Below are positions 1-8,542 of a stretch of DNA of 16,761 nucleotides, one piece after another (positions within the stretch are counted from its first letter, which is position 1; every line of letters starts with the position of its first letter). A program made the position numbers and the translations under genes. Under the pieces are notes generated by a model. It was not told where the DNA came from and ran no database searches. It saw only the letters and a program-made list of their open reading frames with translations. The stretch comes from a virus. Location: the IMG/VR virus record IMGVR_UViG_3300029881_000057; one strand, 5' to 3'.

Positions 1-21
1 TTTGCCCCTTTAACTTCAAAC
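1..21. repeat. Left inverted terminal repeat (21 bp)
   Basis: nt 1-21 TTTGCCCCTTTAACTTCAAAC is the exact reverse complement of nt 16741-16761. Identity ends at nt 22. The terminus starts with a TTT reiteration. Confidence 0.95.
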
Positions 22-42
22 CCCCTCGCCCAGTTGCACTAA

Positions 43-98
43 AGCAGGGTACATTACTAACACATTTAAGTAACATACCCTGCTATCTTATTTTTTCT
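43..98 (-). terminator. Hairpin at the distal end of the late operon (putative terminator, orientation ambiguous)
   Basis: AGCAGGGTA (43-51) pairs with TACCCTGCT (76-84), with an inner TTACT/AGTAA stem. The plus strand has a T-rich tail (ATCTTATTTTTT, 85-96). On the minus strand the hairpin is preceded by an A-tract and followed only by UUUAGUG. Confidence 0.4.
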
Positions 99-147
99 AA
101 CTAATTGTAAATTGTTGTGTCGCACCATTTTTCAATGTTATTGTTTC

Positions 148-169
148 AGGCGATAACTTAATATCGCCT
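148..169 (-). other. 8-bp stem-loop immediately downstream of the last late gene
   Basis: AGGCGATA (148-155) pairs with TATCGCCT (162-169), 3 nt beyond the stop codon at 173-175. There is no U-tract on the minus strand, so it looks like an mRNA 3' stabiliser or pause structure rather than a clear terminator. Confidence 0.3.
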
Positions 170-172
170 TTA

Positions 173-2215
173 TTAGAGAGGGGTAGCTTGTACCTTATAC
201 CACATTCCTAATGCATTGTTAGTTCTACTATAATGGTTAATCCATGTGTTACCAGAGTTAACATCATTTATTTCAACTCTATTGTTAGGTCTGTGACCTA
301 TAATCTTTAACCTATAATTAGTACCAACATCTTTAGGTATACCAATAATGTTGTTATTAGTTTTGTTTAAATCAATTACAAGTGTTTGATAAATATTAAC
401 CTTACTACATAGCTGTTCTAAAGTAGCACTTGGAACTCCACTTGTAACATCAAGAGATTCATAATCGGTACTAATAGGTGTAACATTAATCCAGTCTGTT
501 GTTGTACCATCACTCCAGTATATTTTTCTATACATGTACGGTGTCTTTCTCACATAAAAGTCAACAACCATACCACTTGTAGTTATAGGATAAAAATGTA
601 AATATCCTGTTGTGCTGTAACTCCAGAACGGTAAATCATTACTAATAGTTAGAGCATTTGTTATTCCAAATAATGCTGAACCAGTAAAGTCAAGTTTGTC
701 GATAACATCTTGCATAGTTGAAGTTGAACTAAGCCCCATATCACTAAGTGAATCATATGTCTGTCCGACCTTATTAACAATCTGACCAATTAAATTCATA
801 CTAGGAATAGCAAAACGTTCATTTGTTACATAATCTTTTAGGTTATATTCACTTAAATACATGTGCCTATTCCACACATCTCTAAATGAAATATAGTATC
901 TTAAAAACCAAATAAACACGCTTTTATTAGAACGGTATATATCGTTCCATTGTTCATCAGGAACAGGTGAACGCTGTGCTACACTACTTGTATCATCCCA
1001 CCAGTCACCACGTTTTTTATTATATGTCCACCCAATTTCCATATTAAAGGATAGAGTATAATCACCCTGATAAGCAATACCACCCCAAGCACTAAATCCA
1101 ATAGGTGTACTTTGATTTCCTACTCTAGGGCTATATGGCACTTGCATTAGTTCACACAATTTATTACCACAATCAAAGTTACGATTATTCTGCAATCCTT
1201 TCAATCTATAATTCCAGATATTTGTAGGACCTTTTTGATGATAGTTTAAGAAATTAAAGTAATAATTATTATCACTTCTTTCAAAACTCTTTATATAATT
1301 TCTATAAATAAGATTTTCATCAAGATAAGCAGTTTTTCCTTGTGCCCCATAAACATAAGCATTAGGGTGACCGTGGTTCACACCTGCGAGAGCAATATCA
1401 ACAGTTTTTTTCATTTCTGGTGTATACCAGTTGTAATGTAAGTCAATTCCGTTAGCGTTACTTTCCCAACAATGTAAATCTTCTTCTCTAAAAACATAAG
1501 CAGAATAATCTATATCAGGATTTCCACCTAAACTTCTGATATAATTTTCAAGATTTTCTTTAGATTCAGCGTCCCAATTTGAGCCTAATGCTTCATCTTT
1601 AGCATAGTTTCTAATATAGTCCTCTAATAGTGATTTTATAAGTTCTTTTGTTTCATCACTCATGTCTGGAAAATATGAGAAGCCTGCTAGACCTAATTGC
1701 CACGCGTCTGGGTTAGCCATAGGTATAACATGGATAGCGGTATCATTGTTAAGTATTTCTTCCCACATATCAACTCCACCATATACACCATTTTTTGCTA
1801 ATACTTCCATTTCAGCAAGCATAATACTTGCACTACATTCATTACCATGAAAACCGTTAAAAACAAATAAGTGTCTTGTTGCGTTTTCAGTTCCGTATTC
1901 AAGTGCAATAAGTTCAAGCCCAAGAACACTTGTACCAAGTACTTTCTTTCTTATTTTAGGGTAATTGTCACAAAGTATACTTATGTCTTTGCACATATCA
2001 TCATAACTGTAACTTCTTATTCTTTTTTGAGGAATAACAGCGTCAGCTAAATTTGAACAATCATTTATAACAAATGTGTTATTATAAATATTGTCTTTTG
2101 GTAAAGAACAAACATATTCATATAGTTTTTTTATTTGTTCTTCGTATGATAATGCGTTCCAGTATACTTCTGGTAATATAATAGCACTTTTATTTTTATA
2201 ATTGTCGCACATCAT
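173..2215 (-). CDS. Distal tail / appendage protein with an M14 zinc-carboxypeptidase-like domain and a C-terminal putative receptor-binding region
   Basis: 680 aa, last gene of the structural operon, in the position of phi29 gp12. It carries an ordered M14 motif set: GFHGNE (HxxE zinc ligands, aa 121-126), IPMANPDA (aa 164-171), GIDLHYNW (compare GvDLNRN, aa 256-263), FLNYHQKG (second zinc His, aa 322-329) and SFNMEIG (catalytic Glu, aa 389-395). The C-terminal ~270 aa have no recognisable motif. RBS GAAAGGAGAA lies upstream. Confidence 0.6.
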   Translation of the reverse strand: MMCDNYKNKSAIILPEVYWNALSYEEQIKKLYEYVCSLPKDNIYNNTFVINDCSNLADAVIPQKRIRSYSYDDMCKDISILCDNYPKIRKKVLGTSVLGLELIALEYGTENATRHLFVFNGFHGNECSASIMLAEMEVLAKNGVYGGVDMWEEILNNDTAIHVIPMANPDAWQLGLAGFSYFPDMSDETKELIKSLLEDYIRNYAKDEALGSNWDAESKENLENYIRSLGGNPDIDYSAYVFREEDLHCWESNANGIDLHYNWYTPEMKKTVDIALAGVNHGHPNAYVYGAQGKTAYLDENLIYRNYIKSFERSDNNYYFNFLNYHQKGPTNIWNYRLKGLQNNRNFDCGNKLCELMQVPYSPRVGNQSTPIGFSAWGGIAYQGDYTLSFNMEIGWTYNKKRGDWWDDTSSVAQRSPVPDEQWNDIYRSNKSVFIWFLRYYISFRDVWNRHMYLSEYNLKDYVTNERFAIPSMNLIGQIVNKVGQTYDSLSDMGLSSTSTMQDVIDKLDFTGSALFGITNALTISNDLPFWSYSTTGYLHFYPITTSGMVVDFYVRKTPYMYRKIYWSDGTTTDWINVTPISTDYESLDVTSGVPSATLEQLCSKVNIYQTLVIDLNKTNNNIIGIPKDVGTNYRLKIIGHRPNNRVEINDVNSGNTWINHYSRTNNALGMWYKVQATPL

Positions 2216-2232
2216 ATACTATTCTCCTTTCA

Positions 2233-3012
2233 TCACCAAAGTCCAAAGAATAAGTCGCTGAACTCCTCAATAACTAACATATCAATGTTCAAAAAGGTTT
2301 CCCTAAACTTATTCAAAAGACTGCTAAAACTTTCTGTTCCTTGTTTTCCAACAAGTGTTTCAAGATAATCCTCTGTTGTATCTACATTACTTGTTGTTTC
2401 TTCTTTGTCACTATAACCACTAGCATTTTTCTCTGTATTATTTACTTCTGCGTTATCAGTTCCGTTCACATTATCAGTTATTTTCCTTGCGTTTGTTAAG
2501 TACGTTTCATTCTCAACACCAGTCAAAGCTCCTTGTGGTGTATCACTGTACAAATCTTTTTTATTTTCGTCACTGTTTGTTGTTCTATTAGTAGTTCCGT
2601 TACTTGTAATATTAGTGTCTCTGTTACCAGTAGTATCTCTGTTTCCACTAGCTGTCTCATTTTCTGTTCTTTTATGTTCTCTAGTTAAGTCCACATCGTG
2701 CATTGGGTTAAACTCAATCTTAGCACTTTCATACAACTGATTGTAGTAAGGCATAATCTCTTCAAGCCTTGTATTCATCCAAAGCGTCCATATACCAACT
2801 GTTTCACAACAAATTTCTCTCATATAATAGTGTTTCAAAATCTTTGAACACAATACACTTCTGTAAGCTTCATCAAAGAACGGTGCTTTACTCGTAAATA
2901 TCTTATTCCACGAACCTGTGATAATGTTATCAACATCACCACTACCACCACTTACTTCAAGTCCACTTTTGCTTTCACAAATGAACCTAACTTGTGTAGT
3001 ATATTTACTCAT
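2233..3012 (-). CDS. Lower collar protein (phi29 gp11-like, assigned by position)
   Basis: It lies directly downstream of the upper collar gene and overlaps it by 8 nt (ATGAGTAA). I prefer the ATG at 3012, which has AGGGGG 8 nt upstream, over the GTG at 3021. The size (259 aa) and gene order match phi29 gene 11. The middle of the protein is N/T/D/E-rich and low in complexity. Confidence 0.55.
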   Translation of the reverse strand: MSKYTTQVRFICESKSGLEVSGGSGDVDNIITGSWNKIFTSKAPFFDEAYRSVLCSKILKHYYMREICCETVGIWTLWMNTRLEEIMPYYNQLYESAKIEFNPMHDVDLTREHKRTENETASGNRDTTGNRDTNITSNGTTNRTTNSDENKKDLYSDTPQGALTGVENETYLTNARKITDNVNGTDNAEVNNTEKNASGYSDKEETTSNVDTTEDYLETLVGKQGTESFSSLLNKFRETFLNIDMLVIEEFSDLFFGLW

Positions 3013-3901
3013 TACCTGCACCCCCTATCGTATCAGCACCAGCGTCCTCTGGAATAGTATCATTGTCAACCTGCTGAAAATCTTCACGATAATTAACCTC
3101 AATATTAGTTCCGAACATTGCGTTAATCTTTTCAACAGCCTGTCTCCTACTTTCCAATCTACTGTACCTACTAGCAATAGTACCACCTTGATTTCTTGTT
3201 ACTTCATCAGTTATCAATCTTTCTTTCTTCTGAATATTGATATTACTGATACCAAGATAAGTCAACGCTTCATTCCATATTTGCGTTTTTAAAGTATAAA
3301 GTTTGTCACATACATAAGGTGCATCAGTTTTCAAAACTTTTAACGCATTTAAGTCCAAGTTCTTATCACCAAAAATAAACGGTGCATTACCCTCAAACTC
3401 TTTATAAAGGTTCAAAAGTGTCAATCTTTGTTTTTCTGTTCCTTGCACCAACACTGGTGTTTTCTGTGCATTGGCATTAACATCAATTATCCTGTCAAGA
3501 TTATACAATCTTCTAGCAAACATTTTAACATCAAGAATACTATTTGTATGCAGATAATTGTTCCATATAATCACGCTGTTACTTTCTTTCAATAACTTCT
3601 GATAGTTGTTATATCCAGAGTACGCTCTGCGTAAAATAGGATTGCCATATACATCAAGTCTACCATTTGTGATACAGTCCAAGCACAAGTTACCAAGTAC
3701 ATCATCATTAAAGTACACCATGCAACCAGTTTCAAATAGGTGTAATTCAAGATACCTAGCGTCAACACTAGCAGGTAAATTCTTCCATTCAAACATGGAA
3801 ATAGCCAACTCTGTTAGCCTATTAAGGTACTGCATATATGTCAGATTGTTTAGTGTAGCACTATCACAAAATATATCTGTAATACTACGCTTTCTACCCA
3901 T
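3005..3901 (-). CDS. Upper collar / portal (connector) protein, phi29 gp10-like
   Basis: MGRKRS...YLNRLTELAISMFEWKNLP and NANAQKTPVLVQG...LYKEFEGNAPFIFG closely parallel remembered phi29 gp10 segments (LAYQLFEWENLPP; NQNAQKTPVLIRA...YNQYEGNAPVIFA). 298 aa. Confidence 0.9.
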   Translation of the reverse strand: MGRKRSITDIFCDSATLNNLTYMQYLNRLTELAISMFEWKNLPASVDARYLELHLFETGCMVYFNDDVLGNLCLDCITNGRLDVYGNPILRRAYSGYNNYQKLLKESNSVIIWNNYLHTNSILDVKMFARRLYNLDRIIDVNANAQKTPVLVQGTEKQRLTLLNLYKEFEGNAPFIFGDKNLDLNALKVLKTDAPYVCDKLYTLKTQIWNEALTYLGISNINIQKKERLITDEVTRNQGGTIASRYSRLESRRQAVEKINAMFGTNIEVNYREDFQQVDNDTIPEDAGADTIGGAGNE

Positions 3902-3919
3902 AACTAATTCTCACCACCT

Positions 3920-5479
3920 TTACACTGTATTATCAAGATTATACTGTCCAACCTCTGAACCATTTTTCCAGAACGTAATGCCATTATCATAGATACTACA
4001 AATTTTCTTCATATCGTCAGCAGGTACGCTACCAGTAACAGTAGCACCAACTGTCTTTACATAGTTCCAATGAGGTCTGCTATTTCTGTTTGGTTTCTTC
4101 ACTCTATGAACAGCATAACCAAACATAGTGAAATACTCGTCAATCATTCTTGCGTATTCTTGACACACGCTACACCGTCCACCGTAAAACTGTTGCTTAC
4201 CATTAGCAACATTACCGCCACCATTATTAAGATTACCTTTACTAATATCAGTGGCAATAGAAGCTTGATAAAACTGTGACATTAAACCACTTACTTGCCC
4301 TATAATTCCTGCACCAATAACAGCATTAGGGTTTGTACTATACGCACCTGCAATACCCATCTGCCCTACACTAGCAATAGTATTAAGTGCAATAGGTACA
4401 CTATTTTGTGCTACCCATGCTTGATAAGCGTCTACATTCCAAGAACACATTGGATAGCTGTTAAGCTGTAAACTCTCTGTATTCAAGCTAGTGTAACCAC
4501 CTAACTCACTATAACCTGGCACACCTTTATAACTACAAGGTCTAAGTATAGCAATTACTGGCTGTGTCACTGTTCCGCTGATTTCGACAACAGGTGTGAG
4601 ATTTTCAAAGAACTCATAGCGTAAACTTAATTCGCTACCACTTGCATTATCAACATGATAAAAGTTATACGGATAAGTATACAACTTTTTGTTCTTAGGT
4701 TTATAACCGTCAAGTGTATCATCAGTAGTGACAGCAGATAATGTAACAACTTTCTTAGTAGCACCCTGTCCGTAACTCAACCTATGTGTATCTGGAATAT
4801 TACCACCAATAAACAGTTTAGGAAACATATACATACCAATAATAGCGTCAGGTTTCTGAACATATTCATTAACCTTATCATTGATACTTTGCACATCTGT
4901 GCTATCGTAAACCCACAATTGTGCTGAACCGTATATTCCGTCATATAACGTACCGTCAGTAGCGTCATTTGTATCAACAATAGCAACACAAACAACCATA
5001 TCAGTCATATAAGTTACTGGCTTGTAGTCATTAAAAACGTACTCACCAGTTGCGACAGTTTCTGGTTCAATGTGTTCACCAATAGTATCAGTAACAGTGT
5101 GTTCTCGTTCCACAAAGCAGTAGTCTGGTTCGCAATCAAAGAACCATGTCTGCATAACATCAAGTTCAAAGTAAATCTCTGCACATTCATTGTTTACAAA
5201 TTCAACCGCTGTTATGAACGCATAAAACCACTTATTTCCGTAAGCTGTATTCTGGAACATCATGTAATTACAGTCATACAGATTGTCTGCTTTAATTCCA
5301 ACTCTAGCTACGCCACGTTTTACTCTTTGATAGGTGTAATTAGTTAGATTATATTTCTGCAAACCAATAAAGTAATTATACTGCGCTGTTGCACTTTTAA
5401 AGTATATTGTGTGGTCATAGGTTGTATCAAGAGGTACATCTTTAAGCAACCTTATATTTGTTGTAGGTTGTATATACAT
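3920..5479 (-). CDS. Tail knob / distal tube protein, phi29 gp9-like
   Basis: YMMFQNTAYGNKWFYAFITAVEF...FELDVMQTWFFD and the C-terminal GYAVHRVKKPNRNSRPHWNYVKT...IYDNGITFW parallel remembered phi29 gp9 (YIMFQNADYGNKWFYAFVTELEF; GYKINRVKKPNLRTRKAFNYVQT...IFDNGITLW). Confidence 0.9.
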   Translation of the reverse strand: MYIQPTTNIRLLKDVPLDTTYDHTIYFKSATAQYNYFIGLQKYNLTNYTYQRVKRGVARVGIKADNLYDCNYMMFQNTAYGNKWFYAFITAVEFVNNECAEIYFELDVMQTWFFDCEPDYCFVEREHTVTDTIGEHIEPETVATGEYVFNDYKPVTYMTDMVVCVAIVDTNDATDGTLYDGIYGSAQLWVYDSTDVQSINDKVNEYVQKPDAIIGMYMFPKLFIGGNIPDTHRLSYGQGATKKVVTLSAVTTDDTLDGYKPKNKKLYTYPYNFYHVDNASGSELSLRYEFFENLTPVVEISGTVTQPVIAILRPCSYKGVPGYSELGGYTSLNTESLQLNSYPMCSWNVDAYQAWVAQNSVPIALNTIASVGQMGIAGAYSTNPNAVIGAGIIGQVSGLMSQFYQASIATDISKGNLNNGGGNVANGKQQFYGGRCSVCQEYARMIDEYFTMFGYAVHRVKKPNRNSRPHWNYVKTVGATVTGSVPADDMKKICSIYDNGITFWKNGSEVGQYNLDNTV

Positions 5480-5507
5480 ACAAACACTCCTTTACATAAT
5501 TTTTCTA

Positions 5508-5542
5508 GTAAGGGTATACCAAAAAAACTGATACACCCTTAC
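5508..5542 (-). other. Intercistronic hairpin after the capsid gene
   Basis: GTAAGGGT (5508-5515) pairs with ACCCTTAC (5535-5542), between the capsid stop (5553) and the tail knob start (5479). There is no clear U-tract. It is a possible mRNA stabiliser or attenuator that would favour capsid over tail stoichiometry. Confidence 0.3.
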
Positions 5543-5552
5543 AGTTAAAATC

Positions 5553-6962
5553 TTATCCCTTGTTAAGAGTAACAGTTGCGTCAACTTCAGTAGAACCATT
5601 AATGGTAGTAGTCGCGGTGTAAGTAGTTCCGTTAATCTCTGCAACAAGTGTGATGTCTGTTCCAACCTGTGAAGTCGGGATAATGAGTCCACCGTATTTC
5701 TGAACAGCGATACCAGCAGTTGTAAGTGCTTCTGTCTGAACAAAGTTCACATTCTGCGGATTAAGACCTGCTTCTTCAAAGTCAGCACTGATAGTAAATA
5801 CAGTAGCAACATCGCTTTCATCTTTAGCGTCCACATGAACAGTAACAGTTGCAGGCAAAGCAACGTCTGCGGCAGAGGTGACAAACACAACAGCATTTGC
5901 GAACGGAGAATTTGACACCGTTTTCCACGTATGGTAGAAGTAGTTCCAGTACAAACCAGAAGCAACATACTTCTCTGTGAATTTGTTGTTGTTGTCGTAA
6001 ACCTGAAACCAGTTATCGTCCAAAATAACTGCCTTTACATTAGCTAACAGTGCTAACTCGTCTGCTGTTACTTCTTCGATACCATCAGAGTTTGCTCTGA
6101 TAATATCAAAACGCTCATTGTCAAAATCAGTCCAGTTGTCAATGAGGAACAATCTACCCATGAAGTCAGCCTTATCCATATTGAACGCACTTGCAAGCAC
6201 ATTTACGTCAAACTGTGCATTGAACATAGCGTCCATGAAGATAACCTGTCTTTCTTTAGGTGTGTTAGTTTTAACTCCTACTTCATTGTACTCACTTGAC
6301 ATAAATGGTAACAGGTTAGATGTTCCTCTAAACTGTACAGCCGCTTCGCTAAGGTCTGCACCTGCTCCAATAGAAGTAGGGTACATTTTTCCGTGGCTGA
6401 TTGCCTTAATAAGCAGGTACTTAAACAGAAGAAATTCATCATACTCTGCGGCGGTGTAAACAGCGTCTACAATCTTAGCGATAAGGTTCTGAACCCCCTC
6501 AATGCTAAGAAACGCCTGCCGTAAGTCCTCGTCCTGAATTGTAACAGGGTACATCACTCTCCAGTTCATAACGTGGAAAGCTGAACGAACATCTGGGATA
6601 GTTCTCTGGAACTCACGTTTAGACGCTTTTTCAACATTGAAGTCAACAGCTTTTGCGATAGATACGAAAATATCCTCTACAGTTTCTCCGTACTCAATGT
6701 AACCTTTCTTGAGGATAGAGTAAGGGTTGTTAAAGGTTGCACTCTGTACACGCACGATTGCAATTCTGTTTACCAAAGCATTGATAAACTGGTTTGCAAA
6801 TGCAGGTGTACCATAGATGATTTCTCCCACTTTGGGAATGTCATTGACAGTTTCAACTTCAGGAACGTTCTGCTGATAATCATAAGAAGCGTTCTGTCGG
6901 ATTACGTTGAGAATATCAATGGTTGACGCATTAAGCGTACTGTTTTCAATTCTTCTTGCCAT
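5553..6962 (-). CDS. Major capsid protein (phi29 gp8-like) with a C-terminal Ig-like (BIG2-type) domain
   Basis: 469 aa, immediately downstream of the scaffold gene. The last ~95 aa form a beta-rich T/V/A segment (VTVHVDAKDESDVATVFTISADF...GTDITLVAEINGTTYTATTTINGSTEVDATVTLNKG), typical of the Ig-like domain that decorates the phi29 capsid protein. Good RBS (AAGAAAGGAAGA). Confidence 0.85.
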   Translation of the reverse strand: MARRIENSTLNASTIDILNVIRQNASYDYQQNVPEVETVNDIPKVGEIIYGTPAFANQFINALVNRIAIVRVQSATFNNPYSILKKGYIEYGETVEDIFVSIAKAVDFNVEKASKREFQRTIPDVRSAFHVMNWRVMYPVTIQDEDLRQAFLSIEGVQNLIAKIVDAVYTAAEYDEFLLFKYLLIKAISHGKMYPTSIGAGADLSEAAVQFRGTSNLLPFMSSEYNEVGVKTNTPKERQVIFMDAMFNAQFDVNVLASAFNMDKADFMGRLFLIDNWTDFDNERFDIIRANSDGIEEVTADELALLANVKAVILDDNWFQVYDNNNKFTEKYVASGLYWNYFYHTWKTVSNSPFANAVVFVTSAADVALPATVTVHVDAKDESDVATVFTISADFEEAGLNPQNVNFVQTEALTTAGIAVQKYGGLIIPTSQVGTDITLVAEINGTTYTATTTINGSTEVDATVTLNKG

Positions 6963-6995
6963 GATTTAATCTTCCTTTCTTAATTTAATTTATTG

Positions 6996-7313
6996 CTAAA
7001 CTGTTGTAAACAGTTCTGCAAACGTCTTAGGTTTTGGCGTGTCATCTGGTTTTGGTGTTCCATCTGGTTTAGGTGGTGGAGTGTTATCATCTGGACTGGA
7101 ACTGTAAAAACGCTCTGTATACTTTCTGCGCCATTCTGTGTCATTTTCTTCGTATTTAGCTTTCCAGTCTGTTCCGTCTCCTTGTGCTTTTGTTTCTAAG
7201 TCAGATAGTGTGTCAGTAATATCTTCAATGAATGTGATTGTTTCATCGTCAGTCTGTCCACCAACTCTGGCTTTAACTTCTGCAAGAATTTCTTCCCTAG
7301 TTTTTACTGCCAT
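6996..7313 (-). CDS. Scaffolding protein (gp7-like)
   Basis: Small, acidic and helical, directly upstream of the capsid gene. It has a DWKAKYEENDTEWRRKYTERF motif common in Firmicute phage scaffold proteins. I moved the start to the ATG at 7313 (MAVKTREE...), which has RBS AAAGGAGAG 5 nt upstream. The track start at 7358 has no RBS. Confidence 0.7.
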   Translation of the reverse strand: MAVKTREEILAEVKARVGGQTDDETITFIEDITDTLSDLETKAQGDGTDWKAKYEENDTEWRRKYTERFYSSSPDDNTPPPKPDGTPKPDDTPKPKTFAELFTTV

Positions 7314-7326
7314 AATGCTCTCCTTT

Positions 7327-7476
7327 CTATGAGATTTTTGTCCACTTTGTAGTGTCAAATAATACGCTTAATCTTAATGAAAGAGGGTGATTAGGTGAAA
7401 GCATAATTACACCATCTTCTGTTACCATAATAGTAAATCCTTCTTCATGTTTATAAGTACCTGCTTTGAACGGCAT
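7327..7476 (-). CDS. Small hypothetical protein (49 aa), absent from the supplied ORF track
   Basis: Hand translation gives MPFKAGTYKHEEGFTIMVTEDGVIMLSPNHPLSLRLSVLFDTTKWTKIS. RBS GAAAGGAGAA lies 5 nt upstream of the ATG at 7476. The ORF exactly fills the gap between the tail lysin and scaffold genes, and its stop overlaps the scaffold RBS. Confidence 0.5.
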   Translation of the reverse strand: MPFKAGTYKHEEGFTIMVTEDGVIMLSPNHPLSLRLSVLFDTTKWTKIS

Positions 7477-7495
7477 ATCTGTTTCTCCTTTCTTA

Positions 7496-8533
7496 TTAGT
7501 AATGGTATTTTATCCACATCCATATAGGCATTTTCTTTTTACGTGTAGACGTTGTACCACCGCCACCACCGCCTGCGGAATAAAATCTATACATAAGTAC
7601 AGCATTGTGTAACGCTTGTTGTCTTGATAAATAGTACATTGGTTCTGTTTCCCATTCGACTATTGAAGTGTCATTTGCGTGAGTTAAAATATATTCAAGT
7701 GCTTCATACGCAAATTCAATTCTTTCATCAAGAGCAGATACACCTGGTCTTTCCCAACAAGTGCAAAACGCTTCTGTTAATGAAGCAACATTAGTTGAAC
7801 TAGATGTTAGAAATTCTGTTAATGAAGATATTCCATCAAATGTACCCATCCAATCGTTTTCTACAACTAAATATTGCATTTGTCCATTTGGACTTGTATC
7901 TTCATAACCATTTTCACTTAACCATGTTAATAGTGCGTCACGTCTTGAACCGTCCCATTGAAATAAACCAAAAGCACCACCGCCTATTTGAGAAAGTGTG
8001 GGGTTTATGTGACTTTCTCTCCAAGCGTTACCTGCTAAAGATGCAATTACATAAGCACTTGCACCGTATCCAGTTGCGCCACCATCACCGTATCTAAACA
8101 GTCTAGGAAAAGAACGCTCATAGTCTGGATTTCCGCCACTTGAACCTATACTAACTTGATTAGCAAGTGGAGCGTTATCTGTATGCGCTCCCATGAAAAC
8201 ACCTTTACCACTTCCACCACGATAGCACATTTCTGTGTGTCCACTTGATAGACCTATATCTCCTGCTAGGTATTCACCACTTGCGTCAACTTCTGTAAAC
8301 CCTAAGCGCAAAAGTTCGGACGCTTCTGAATAAGTGGTAAAGGCATTACTATTTGGTGCATAAGATGGTGTTTCAAAACCACCTGCTAGTAACGCATAGT
8401 TTATAAATGAAGAACAATCGTAGTATGTTATACCGCCAACTGTTTGTGCGTTACGATATGATTGTGAATAACCAACATTAGGTGCATTACACGTTTCAAT
8501 CGCCCATGAATATGCACGATTTATGTCTGGCAT
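7496..8533 (-). CDS. Tail-associated peptidoglycan hydrolase (functional analogue of phi29 gp13): N-terminal papain-fold (Amidase_5 / NlpC-P60-like) domain plus a C-terminal phage tail lysozyme-like domain
   Basis: The N-terminus has YYDCSSF...SSGHTEM (Cys/His pair, resembling the Pal/Amidase_5 YDCSS motif). aa ~160-290 contain LAGNAWRESHINP...GGGAFGLFQWDGSRRDALLTWL, resembling the GN..ES...G.GL.QW..R motif of phage tail lysozymes. The C-terminus is GGGGGG followed by TTSTRKKKMPIWMWIKYHY. Confidence 0.7.
   Translation of the reverse strand: MPDINRAYSWAIETCNAPNVGYSQSYRNAQTVGGITYYDCSSFINYALLAGGFETPSYAPNSNAFTTYSEASELLRLGFTEVDASGEYLAGDIGLSSGHTEMCYRGGSGKGVFMGAHTDNAPLANQVSIGSSGGNPDYERSFPRLFRYGDGGATGYGASAYVIASLAGNAWRESHINPTLSQIGGGAFGLFQWDGSRRDALLTWLSENGYEDTSPNGQMQYLVVENDWMGTFDGISSLTEFLTSSSTNVASLTEAFCTCWERPGVSALDERIEFAYEALEYILTHANDTSIVEWETEPMYYLSRQQALHNAVLMYRFYSAGGGGGGTTSTRKKKMPIWMWIKYHY
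7509..7517 (+). promoter_or_regulatory. Isolated perfect DnaA-box 9-mer (TTATCCACA) inside coding sequence
   Basis: Exact match to the consensus, within the 3' end of the tail lysin gene. Function is doubtful. It is listed because a second perfect copy and two near-copies occur at 10759-10791. Confidence 0.2.
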
Positions 8534-8542
8534 AGGTTACAC

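Noticed and set aside
22-42. A plus-strand promoter at the left terminus that would use the 43-98 hairpin as its terminator, producing a tiny terminal RNA
   Set aside because: No acceptable -35/-10 pair fits in the 42 nt available. The hairpin is more simply explained as the end of the minus-strand late operon or as an origin-proximal structure.
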